Assembly: GCA_963768425.1 (NCBI GenBank) | Contig: CAVYHV010000001.1 | Location: 1 to 47,546, forward strand | Origin: Candidatus Bathyarchaeota archaeon | Lineage (GTDB): Archaea; Thermoproteota; Bathyarchaeia; Bathyarchaeales; Bathycorpusculaceae | Length of the DNA stretch: 47,546 nucleotides | Direction of reading: 5' to 3' | In this document: positions 8,611 to 18,147 of the stretch, piece by piece | Numbering within the stretch: the stretch's first letter is position 1 | Layout: each line of letters starts with the position of its first letter | Program-made: the position numbers and the translations under genes | The notes under the pieces: model-generated | Database searches by the model: none | What the model saw: the letters and a program-made list of their open reading frames with translations, nothing else | Told to the model about the DNA's origin: nothing

Positions 8611-9594
8611 TCACTCAGCTTTTGATGGTTCAAGCCAGTTTCTTGATTTGAACACTGTTTTGTTTCCGAAGTTTACTTTAGGGTTTCTGCGTAGGGGCAC
8701 ATTTCCGCGCATCGCAGGCAAAGCATGCACATGGAAGTGTCGATTTTTCCGCCTTTCTGCTCGTACACTTCGGTCACCTGCGCCTGGCAAACCCGTTTGC
8801 AGACGCCGCATTTGGTGCATTTTTCCTCGTCTTTTTCAATATGCAGTAAAGGTGCCCATTTGAAACCCTTAAACCTATTGACAACTGCCAAGGAGACGCC
8901 TGTTGGGCAGAAGCGGCACCAGAAACGCCTGAAAACAAACGAGGCATGCTAACGTTAAGCCGATGAAGGCGAGGGCAATTGCTTCTCCTATGTTTTGTCC
9001 CGCCCAAAAGATGATGTCTTGAACGTAAGGGTAGGTGAAGTTGACGTGGGCGACGTTTACGGCGCTGCTGGTCCATGGGACAACTACGGGAATCATGGGG
9101 TCGATCAGGGCGGTGTAGGGTCGGAAGGGTCCCGCCAAGAGCTTTGCCATTGCATCGGCGAAGTTGAGGTTTTGGGGAGGCTGCAAAAACCACACGACAA
9201 TCGGCAAAGCAAGAAAAACGGCGACTATGACGTACCTTAATTTGTGCAGAATTCCGTTGAGCCGTTCAGGCAAAATGCGGTACCGTATGCCCAAGGCTTT
9301 TCTAAGCATGACTTCTATGTCCATGATAAAGCCGAAGGGGCAAAGCCAGCCGCAGTAAAAGCGCCCCAGAAAAAGCGTTATGGCAAAAATGAATATGAAG
9401 AAGTAGAGGAGCGGAAGTTTAAGCGAGAAAACGTAGAATAGAGCGGCGAAGGCCACTGCTTGGACGACCAGCCGAAGAAAAGTTACTTTTGTGGCAAGGT
9501 TCTTTTTCCAAAGCAAAACAGTCAGTATCCCTGCTGCCCCAAGCCCGCCGAGCACGGTTAACCTTAAGATGTCCCCTATGTACTCCCAAGCCAT
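8611..9594 (-). CDS. NapH/MauN-like membrane-bound 4Fe-4S protein, frameshifted
   Basis: TM helices, GRFYCGWLCPFG, second RFWCRFCPTG motif in a shifted frame, C-terminal CTKCGVCKRVC and CMLCLRCAEMCP. Confidence 0.85.
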
Positions 9595-9851
9595 TGTTTT
9601 CTCGCCATTTCAGTTACTGTGAGTTTAGGATGACATTTACGTTCGCCGATTTCCGAAAAAGAAGACATGCACAAATAGCCCTAACCAAAAAACATTCATC
9701 TCTCCAAGACTCGGATCAGATGTTTGGGATTTAAACGGCATGTGCATGGTCCCAGGTGAAGTTTTAATTATTGAAAATACGGGAGTGCACCATTTAAATC
9801 TTGCATGTTTTCTCCGCCCAGCTTGCCGATTCCGTTGCGAGCAAAAATGCC

Positions 9852-12103
9852 TTATGAAGGAGGTATTGTGCGTGTGTTGTAGGCTTTGAGGTATGCTAGG
9901 TGGGCTGCGTCGTAGGGGTAGCTTTGCGTCGCCGTGTAGGGGTACCCAGTCATGCCGATGTAAGGTAGCGGGTCGACGGTGAAGTTGAATCCGTAGCCCC
10001 ATTGTCCAGGCGGGATCCTTGAACCAGCAGGCTACAAAGAGGAAGTAGTCTCTTTCCATGCCTGGCGCAAGCTTTGTTAGGTTGCCGACTGGGAACTGCA
10101 GAGAAACCTCGTCGCCTTGCCGTCCAATCACGTACATGTTGTCGGCGCTTTGAAGCAGCGCTGTCACGTCGCCGTATCTGGTGAAGTTTCCAGAAGAGGT
10201 TGACTGTGTTGGTCCCCATGCGCTGAGGGTGGCGATCGGCATGATTTTTTGGACCGTTATGTTCTGCTGGCTTGACGTGTCTACTGCGATGTAGTCGTAG
10301 GTTACGTTGAAGAAGTTGCAGATCCTAACTTGGTAGTCAGTTACGCCCTTGGGGAAATCGCCTGTTAAATCCACCACGAAGGTTCTTGCGTTCGAGTCAG
10401 AGGGCATCGGAATCTGCTTGTCCGCCGCCACCCTTACCCAGTTGCCGTTTGCATCTTTAACTTCCATGTATGGACCTGGATAAATCGTTGTTCCGTTCGT
10501 CAGCAGCCCCGCTGAAGCGGCATCTTTGAACTGGTTTATCCAACTGTAGTAGTCTTGGTAGCTGCCCCAGTCCACTATGCCGTTTATTACAAGTTTGATG
10601 TCTTTTGCGCTGGACAGGTTGCCTAAGTCAAGTGTGAGCTGGTTGAGGTAGATGTTGTTGTATGACGGGCTTAGGTCTCCACTGTTGCCAGGCGTGAAGG
10701 TTCCGTCAAGCTTTGAAATTTGAGGTAGCACATTTTGGCCCTTCGCGGTGGTTCCTGCTGGACCCCAAACGTAGGTTGCGCTAAGCGGCGTCTGAAGGTC
10801 ATTCGGGTTGACTGTGTAGATTTGTCCGTTGAAGCCTTGGTTGACGTAGTTGCTCATGGTCGAGTAAACGTCGGTTCCGATCGGGTGGTCAACTACCACC
10901 ATGTAGGCGGTGTCCAAGTAGAATATTTCATCCCACTGCTGGGCAAGAGTCATGTCGTAATACCCGTTTTTGACGGCTAGCAGGTTCGGGTTCAGCTTCA
11001 CGTAGTCCCATGGGGTTCCGCCGCTGTACGTTATTGTTCCGCTGCTTGACATCGTGCCCATGTAGCCAAGCCACCCTGAATTTGAGACGTCAGTGACGTA
11101 GGAGTAGCCTGTGCCGTTCCACATGAACAGGGAGGGGCAGGATGCGTAGCCGCTGATGATGGTGTAAGTTGCAATCATGAAGGTCTGTTGGTCCAAAGTG
11201 AAAGTTCTGGTTGTGCTGGTGTCGCCGTCTTGCCAAGTTTGAGAAGCCTAACACGCCTGTTGCAAGGGTAACGGGGTTCGGTACCTGCAAGGTGTATGTT
11301 CCATCGGGCAGTGTTTGGATGTAGGGTGTGTTGTGGCTGACTCCGTTTAACGTGAAGGTTAAGGGTATGGAGCCGCCGCCTGTTCTGCTGACTTCAAGCG
11401 TGTGGTAACCAGATTTGCACAACTGTATAAGATCCAGCTTAAAGTGTTCAGTTTGACTGTGTGAGTTCCCAACACAGTCTGAAGCGTTAACTGGGAACAC
11501 TACAGTTTCAGTTGCACTTGCGTTTAACGAGATAACTTTGGTTTCTACCCAGGCGTTGTCAACTGTGACTCTGACGGTCAGTTTGTCGGGTTGGTTTGTT
11601 GGGTTTTGAGCTGTCGCCGTCACGTTAACCGTCTGATTTGGCCAAGCCTCATATGGAAAAGTATTCAAGTTGGACAAGATTATTTTGCTTGATCCTGGAG
11701 GCGCAGGGTTAATCACGAATGAGCCTGTTAAGTCGCCAACTTGGACAGTGTAGTTCCCGAAGTTGCCTTCCACATCATCGTAGGTGAGCACTTGGGTAGC
11801 TGCGCCCTCAAGCGTTACGTTCTGCGTGTTTTTTACGACGTTGTTTACTTCAAAATTTATGGTGTCGTTGCCTGCCAAATCGCCGACGTTTGTCACGTTA
11901 ACAGCCATCTGCACGGCGTCGCCTTCCGTTGCGTTCGTCGGGTCAATCGTTAAGTTTGTTAGGATAAACTTTGCAGGTGTAGTTACCCCTCCGATGACGC
12001 CTTGATTTTGAAGGTAAAAATAGGCTCCTGCAGCCCCACTGATAATCATCAAGTCAATAATTAGGATTGCTTTCAACTTAACCGAAGCTGAACGGGAAAA
12101 CAT
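9852..12103 (-). CDS. Membrane-anchored extracellular protein: CARDB/Ig-like repeats plus a domain like the C-terminus of ASPIC/UnbV-containing proteins; frameshifted
   Basis: N-terminal TM; VNVTNVG CARDB-like segments; SCPSLFMWNG, YLD..YMVVVDHP, GNFTRYGDV..LL...D, rescued TVDPLPYIGMTGYPY...YNTR with stop at 9852. Confidence 0.7.
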
Positions 12104-12327
12104 TAAATCACTTTGCCCTTGCCGCCTTTATTATGCTGTGCACAACATTAAAGCCTTTTTGGCTCTTTGAATAAACCAGCTGAAAATCTTTATCTTGCTG
12201 TAATGCCGCGTTGCTGTAAATATCAAATGTGTTACGGGCATTGCTGTTGTGGCATTAATTATAGTTGTTTTTTCACTAGTAACAAATAGGAGAAAATGTG
12301 GAAGCTCGGAAGATGATTGAGCCCACT

Positions 12328-13370
12328 CTATAATTTTATTGTTTGTTTTAGGCTTTGGGCGGCGGTTTCAGGCGTCACAGTGTTAATGTGGACTCCAGTC
12401 GTGACCTCGAAGCCAGCCCAAATTGACAGTTTAGGATGAACCTCCATGTGCCAATGATAATAGGGCTCCGCATCCTTGATTAGGGCTAAGTGGAACCCGT
12501 AGTTGTAAGGTGGGTCATTCACCAAATCCTTCAGCGCTTTGAGGCTTGCTTTAAGGGTTTTAGCGAACGCTGCAATTTCGTCCTCGCTGAGATAAAGGAT
12601 GTTTGCCGCGTGTTTCTTTGGCACGATCCAGAATTCCATCGGATTGATGCTTGCGTAAGGAGCAAAAACCACAAAGTCATGCCCCATCATAAATGAGCCT
12701 TGGACCCTTCGTTTCCCGCTCGATTATGTCGCAGAAAACACATTTTCCATGCTCAACATAGAATTTTTTGCTGGCATCCATCTCTTCTTGAATCATCGGC
12801 GGAATCATCGGTGTGGCAATTATCTGGCTGTGCGCGTGGCTAAGGGATGCTCCAGCCTGCTGCCCATAATTGCGGAAAATCGACACGTACTTCACGTAAG
12901 GTTTTGCGCTCATTTCCCTGAGCCTGTCAATGTAAGCATGGATAAGAAGTTCCAGCTGAGGCAGCTGTGCGTCCGCAGGGCCTTCATCATGGTTCGGCGA
13001 CTCAATAATAACCTCATGCTGCCCAATCGCGTTGCCCAAAGCATTCGCTTGAAAAGATTTGCTCGGTGTCCTGCGGCTGTCTCGGCGGGCTAAAAGCTGG
13101 GAAAAGGTTTGGAATGCAGCGAACAAGCCAGTTCTTTGGGCGTTCCCCAACCAGCGGGTCCTGGGCGACACGCACTTCGCTTTCGTCTTTAAGGTACAGC
13201 ATCACAGCTGGCGGCGTCATGGACTCATTGCCCACACACAACGGGCAAACCGCCGCTTTGGCACTCTCAGTTTTCTGCTTCGCAAAATCGGTCGGTCGCC
13301 GTCCCCGTTCGGTCGCAATAACAACCCAGCGGTTTAGCAGGTAATCTTTCCTAAGCTCATTGTATGGCAT
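12328..13370 (-). CDS. galT: Galactose-1-phosphate uridylyltransferase (HIT-like), frameshifted
   Basis: NELRKDYLLNRWVVIATERGRRP, CPLCVGNE, GQHEVIIESPNH, GASLSHAHSQ, CVFCD, YHWHMEV...AGFE across three ORFs. Confidence 0.9.
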
Positions 13371-13533
13371 ACAAGCACCCCAAAAACAAAGGCGCTGAAA
13401 CATTTTAGCGTTTCCCAAACATAAACATGCAGAGTTGTGGGTTTGTACTGATTCTTGAACAAGGTAAATTTGTCAAACTTATGATCGACGTTCTTTTGGA
13501 TAATTATTCAGGAGTTACATTGTAACTACTTTA

Positions 13534-13743
13534 CTATTTGCTACGTTTTTTTTCCGTGTCTATTTCTGTTTTGCTTTTATTTTCTTCGTTCATTAATTGC
13601 GCTAACGTGGAGGTAACATATGCCGAGAAGCTGTGGATTCCTTTTTTGATTGCGTATTCTTCTTTGACTTTTAGCCATTCTTTGAAAAAGTAATCGTAAA
13701 CTTCAGCTTTTACAGTAATGGTTTTGTATCCTTTTTTTGGCGT
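13534..13743 (-). CDS. Ribbon-helix-helix-like protein (not in ORF track; first codon ACG)
   Basis: 69 open codons: (T)PKKGYKTITVKAEVYDYFFKEWLKVKEEYAIKKGIHSFSAYVTSTLAQLMNEE...; in-frame TAG seven codons upstream. Confidence 0.65.
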   Translation of the reverse strand, partial: TPKKGYKTITVKAEVYDYFFKEWLKVKEEYAIKKGIHSFSAYVTSTLAQLMNEENKSKTEIDTEKKRSK

Positions 13744-13877
13744 TTTGTTTCCCCTCTCAAGCTAGTTAGCGTACGTACTTTTATTTAAGGTTTCATGATA
13801 AACGGGTTTTTGTTCATTTTGTTTCGCCGTTAATTATATATTTAGTTGTACGGTAAAGTACTTAGGAGACGGTGGTT

Positions 13878-14024
13878 TTGCCTCGAAAAGGTTTCAAATG
13901 CATAACGGTCACAGATAAGATTCACGGAGAAATGAAAAAAAGAGCCAAAGAAACAAACCTCACATTGAGGGAATATGTAGAATATCTATTAGCTAAGGAT
14001 AAAACTGCTAAAGAAAAAGCTTAA
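13878..14024 (+). CDS. 48-aa ribbon-helix-helix protein (not in ORF track)
   Basis: TTG start after GGAG..GGTGG; MPRKGFKCITVTDKIHGEMKKRAKETNLTLREYVEYLLAKDKTAKEKA*. Confidence 0.7.
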   Translation: MPRKGFKCITVTDKIHGEMKKRAKETNLTLREYVEYLLAKDKTAKEKA

Positions 14025-14266
14025 CTACAAACTCTTATTTTGCTAATTGCAACGTGATGGCTTCGCATATTTCCAATTGGTTATTCCAAAAGCTTTTATT
14101 TTTTAGACTCCTTTTGATTTTCCTAACTTTCTTTGACGTAACCAGCAGATAGTCCAAATCCTTCATTATCGGATTTCAGGTGTTAAAGTTTATTTGTTAG
14201 GGTAAAAGCATATATCTATTGACTTCGCATTTGGTTTTTCAACTTTAACGCGTAACTGGCGAAAAA

Positions 14267-15172
14267 ATGGATTTATCCGAAAAAATCCTAATGCTTAAAA
14301 AAGAAAAGAAAGCTGTCATTTTGGCTCATAATTACCAAAGGCCAGAAATCCAGGACATGGCTGACTACGTCGGCGACAGCATCGAACTCAGTCGCAAAGC
14401 AGCCGAGGAAAAAGACGCTGAAATGATTGTTTTCTCAGCTGTAGATTTCATGGCCGAATCCGCCGCTATTTTAAATCCTGGCAAAAAGGTTCTTTTGCCC
14501 TGCTTAGGAGCACGCTGCCCCATGGCTCAGATGCTCACGGTTGATGAGATTAAACGCGCCAAAAAGATGTATCCTAAAGCTCCTGTTGTCTTATACGTTA
14601 ACACTTTGGCTGTGTGCAAAGCACAATGTGACGTTTGCTGCACCAGCGCCAACGCCGTGGAAGTCATTAGATCCCTCGACGCAGAAACCATACTTTTCGG
14701 ACCAGACAAAAACCTCGCCGAATACGTCTCCGAAATAACAGGTAAAAATCTTATTCCGCTTCCAGAAAACGGGTTCTGCCCAACTCATTTGCTTTTCCAA
14801 CCTGAAGACGTCAAAGTCCTAAAAATGCAGTATCCTGACGCAACCGTCATGGTTCACCCCGAATGCAGCTCAGATATGCGTAAAGTTGCCGATTACGTTG
14901 GCAGCACCTCGAAGATGTGCCGTTACGCTAAAGAATCTTCCGCGAAAAACTTCATAGTCGGCACTGAAGAAGGAATTCTGCATCGCCTGCGCAACGAAAA
15001 CCCAGCCAAAAATTTTTACTTGGCTTACGAGGGCGCCGTTTGCCCGAATATGAAGTTGACAAGGCTTGAGCAATTGTATGCGGCGCTGAAAGAGGAGAAG
15101 AACGTGGTAAAGGTTCCGGAGGCTGTCGCCAAGAAGGCACGCAGTTCGCTGGAGCGCATGTTCGCAGTTTAG
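14267..15172 (+). CDS. nadA: Quinolinate synthase
   Basis: ILAHNYQRPEIQ, GDS, FMAESA, CPMA, YVNT, CTSAN, CPTH, VHPEC, GSTS, GTE, CPNMK. Confidence 0.95.
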   Translation: MDLSEKILMLKKEKKAVILAHNYQRPEIQDMADYVGDSIELSRKAAEEKDAEMIVFSAVDFMAESAAILNPGKKVLLPCLGARCPMAQMLTVDEIKRAKKMYPKAPVVLYVNTLAVCKAQCDVCCTSANAVEVIRSLDAETILFGPDKNLAEYVSEITGKNLIPLPENGFCPTHLLFQPEDVKVLKMQYPDATVMVHPECSSDMRKVADYVGSTSKMCRYAKESSAKNFIVGTEEGILHRLRNENPAKNFYLAYEGAVCPNMKLTRLEQLYAALKEEKNVVKVPEAVAKKARSSLERMFAV

Positions 15173-15576
15173 ATTGTCACGATTGTTGTTTTGAGGATTT
15201 TTACTCCTTTTCTTGTGGTTAATTCGTCGCTTAGATGGCGGATTTCTGAGGCTTTTCCCTTGACTGCGATGGCTTCTAGGCAGTCTGTTTCGCTGATGTG
15301 TATGTGCAGGGTTGATGTTATTATTTTTGAGTGTTCATGCTGGGTTTCGGTCAGGTCGCTTTCTAAACCTTTCGCGTCGTGGTCGTAAACCATCAGAATT
15401 ACGCCCGTTTGCGGGGTGTCTTCTTCTTTGATCCATTTGCGCTCAGAAACATAGAGCCTCACGACGTCCTGTAGGGCTTTGCTGCGGCTTTGGTAACCCA
15501 TTTTCTCTATTATTTCGTCGAATTCTTTGAGGAGTTCAGGCGGGAAAGTTGCTCCTATTCGGGTGACTTTTGACAT
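15169..15576 (-). CDS. nikR: Nickel-responsive regulator NikR
   Basis: RHH N-terminus (RIGATFPPELLKEFD...SRSKAL) and metal-binding domain with YDH, QH, HIH and CLE. Confidence 0.9.
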   Translation of the reverse strand: MSKVTRIGATFPPELLKEFDEIIEKMGYQSRSKALQDVVRLYVSERKWIKEEDTPQTGVILMVYDHDAKGLESDLTETQHEHSKIITSTLHIHISETDCLEAIAVKGKASEIRHLSDELTTRKGVKILKTTIVTI

Positions 15577-15631
15577 TGGGGGTCTCATATTGATTGTTGG
15601 TGTTCTGCACCTAAAAGCCTTTATACGTGCA

Positions 15632-15659
15632 GTAACACGAATCAATTAGAAAGTGTTAC
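15632..15659. promoter_or_regulatory. Candidate NikR operator GTAACAC-N14-GTGTTAC
   Basis: 28-bp site with perfect 7-bp inverted arms between divergent nikR and NiCoT; same 6-16-6 geometry as the E. coli NikR operator. Confidence 0.8.
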
Positions 15660-15673
15660 GGGGAGCAGAAGAT

Positions 15674-16722
15674 ATGGCAAATCAACATGCTCACAGAACC
15701 TCACAGGCAACGAAAAAATAAAGGTAGCCATAATCTTCTCAGTGCTCATTGGCATAACGGCTTTCGGGTTCTCAGCAGCTTTTGTCATCGGAAAAATCGC
15801 CGTCGTCCTCGCGAGGCTTAGGAATCGTGGCTTACGTGTTCGGGTTGCGCCACGGTGTTGACGCTGACCACATAGCGGCAATCGACAACACTACAAGGAA
15901 GCTGATGCAGGAAGGCAAACGCCCATGTACGGTCGGCATGTGGTTCAGCCTCGGTCATTCAACCGTTGTCGTAGCCCTTATTGTCGCGTTGGTTTTTGCA
16001 ACCCGCGCCATCACCAGCAACATAGCGGCGCTTCAAAGCACGGGCGCAGTAATCGGCACGTTAGTGTCGGGAAGTTTCCTTTGGATCATCGGATTCATCA
16101 ACGCCGTCATTGTTATTGGTATCTACAAGATTTTCCAAACCCTCAAGCAGGGGAAGTTAAACCAGCAGGAACTTGACAACTTGCTGAGAACCGTGGGTTT
16201 ATGAACCGTTTCTTCCGTCCCCTCTACAAAGTCATCAACAAACCGTGGCAATTTTCCCGTCGGCGTACTCTTCGGATTGGGTTTCGACACTGCCAGCGAA
16301 GTTGCTCTCATAGCCATCAGCGTCGGAATCGGCGTCTCCACAAGCATCCCCTGTACTACATCCTGGTTCTTCCGTTGCTTTTCACCTGCGGCATGGTCAC
16401 CGTTGACACTGCAGATGGCGTTGCGATGCGTCTCGCGTACGGCTGGGCTTTCCTTAATCCCATACGCAAAATCTACTACAACCTAACCGTTACAGTCATA
16501 TCGGTCTTGGTGGCGTGGGCAATCGGCACTGTGGAGTTGTTGCAGGTGCTTGCCAGCGAACTGAACCTTAACGGCGGCTTCTGGAGTTGGCTTACCACTT
16601 TGAACTTTGAGATGATCGGATTCGGCATAATCGGTATCTTCGTTTTCAGTTGGCTGCTATCATTGGGTTATTGGCGGTACAAAAAATACGACAAATTAGT
16701 CGCTTTCCCACAGATGCAATAA
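15674..16722 (+). CDS. HoxN/HupN/NixA (NiCoT) nickel/cobalt permease, frameshifted
   Basis: FGLRHGVDADHIAAIDNTTRKL, FSLGHSTVV, GFDTASE, DTADG..M..AYGWAF.NP.RKIYYN. Confidence 0.92.
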
Positions 16723-16772
16723 CATGAGCTGCCATTATTAAATCATAATAAGAATATTAAAAATGATTCCGG

Positions 16773-17384
16773 TTAAGGTTTATGGCTGTTCTCTGACGTG
16801 GCTTTTAGGATTTCGTCTGTTGTCCGCAACAGTCCGATTCTTGGAAAAATGTACTTGAGCGTTGCTTCATGTTCGTCTTTGCTGTTTGCTGCCATAGCGT
16901 CTGTGGCGAAGACTTGGTTGTACCCGCGTTGATATGCGTCTCTGGCAGTTGTCTCTACGCCTATGTTGGTTGAAACTCCGCATAAGACAATGGTTTCTAT
17001 TTTTCGGCGTCTTAACTGCAAATCAAGTTCAGTTCCGTAAAAAGCACCCCACTGCCTCTTCGCTATCACTATATCTTTGTTTGTGGGTTTTATTTCTTCC
17101 ACAAATTCTGCCCAATCAGCAGGTCTAGGGGCTGAACCCCACGGACTTTGCTGGTCGGTTACGGGATGCAGCATGTCTCTTCCATCGACGGATGTCACAT
17201 GTACAAGGAAAACGGGCATTCCAGAATCCCTGAACTTCGCGACAAGATTTGAAACGTTTGAGACAACTTGACTTACAGTGTTCGGCTCAAGTTTTCTGTC
17301 GAGCGTAAATATGCCCCTTTGCACATCTATAACAACCAACGCTGTCTTACTCGAATCTATTTTCAAATCAACCATAATAATCAC
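16773..17384 (-). CDS. Isochorismatase-family cysteine hydrolase (YecD-like)
   Basis: TALVVIDVQ, KRQWGAFYGTELDLQLRRR, GVSTNIGVETTARDA. Confidence 0.9.
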   Translation of the reverse strand: MIIMVDLKIDSSKTALVVIDVQRGIFTLDRKLEPNTVSQVVSNVSNLVAKFRDSGMPVFLVHVTSVDGRDMLHPVTDQQSPWGSAPRPADWAEFVEEIKPTNKDIVIAKRQWGAFYGTELDLQLRRRKIETIVLCGVSTNIGVETTARDAYQRGYNQVFATDAMAANSKDEHEATLKYIFPRIGLLRTTDEILKATSENSHKP

Positions 17385-17563
17385 TAACTATATTGAAGGT
17401 TACAAAACGGCTCTTATAATCATTTAGGGGCCAGATAATCTAGCATCCAAAGATAAAAAAATTAATTGTGCACACTTCTATCATAATAAAGTTAAAATAC
17501 GTTTGAGTCTCAAATAACAACTGGGTAATTATTCTTAAATGCCAATACTAAAAAAGCATCAAA

Positions 17564-17803
17564 ATGCGGCTGACTCGCCAAGCAAAGAAGAAACCGAAGA
17601 CGAACGAGGACGCCAGGAAGTTCTCGAGGAATGCTGAGGAAAAACGAATATGGGAACATAAAGAAGCTGAGGAAACGCGGATAAGAGAAGATGAACTGAG
17701 ACACGGTCATGCACATACGCCTTATTTTGAGTACGATAACCCATCTTACGAGGACAAAGAGCCCTTCACCAGTGGTTCCAATGGCGACAAGAAGAAAAAA
17801 TGA
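17564..17803 (+). CDS. Small charged hypothetical protein (start uncertain)
   Basis: 79-aa ORF; an out-of-frame ATG at about 17539 may be the real start. Confidence 0.4.
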   Translation: MRLTRQAKKKPKTNEDARKFSRNAEEKRIWEHKEAEETRIREDELRHGHAHTPYFEYDNPSYEDKEPFTSGSNGDKKKK

Positions 17804-18026
17804 ACAAAAAAAGAAGGACAAAATTTAGGTTTTCTTTGTAAATCAACCCGTCTTAGCTGTCTTCTGCATGGACTTTGATTAACGCCGGCCTTTCACAGAT
17901 GCAACTGTAGCATGTTTCGATATTCAGACTTTTGGAGCTCCTCAAAAAAGATAGTAATTCGGACAACTTTTCACTCTTTATTATTTGCATATATATTCAG
18001 GGCTATAAATACTGATGCTTGGCTTC

Positions 18027-18090
18027 TCATGCGGGTTCAAGTGTGACTTCTAAGGCTTGGTTTTCTAGGCTTCTGGGTGTCTTTTTTTAG
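18027..18090 (-). pseudogene. 3' remnant of the AbrB-like gene family (ends LEVTLEPA*)
   Basis: 18033-18055 matches 20820-20842 at 22/23 nt, with the same reading frame and stop position. Confidence 0.65.
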
Positions 18091-18147
18091 AAGGGAGATT
18101 ATTAATACATAAGAGAATCTACCAATCCCTAAGAGCGGTTACATCTA

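Noticed and set aside
5591-9734. Numerous plus-strand ORFs over the reductase operon (likewise antisense ORFs over dnaK, alaS and tiaS, and alternative-frame ORFs within pyrG)
   Set aside because: Shadow ORFs of well-supported genes, with no recognisable motifs
9637-9851. C-terminal extension of ORF 9637-11196
   Set aside because: Out-of-frame read-through after an indel near 10012; the conserved ending lies in another frame and stops at 9852
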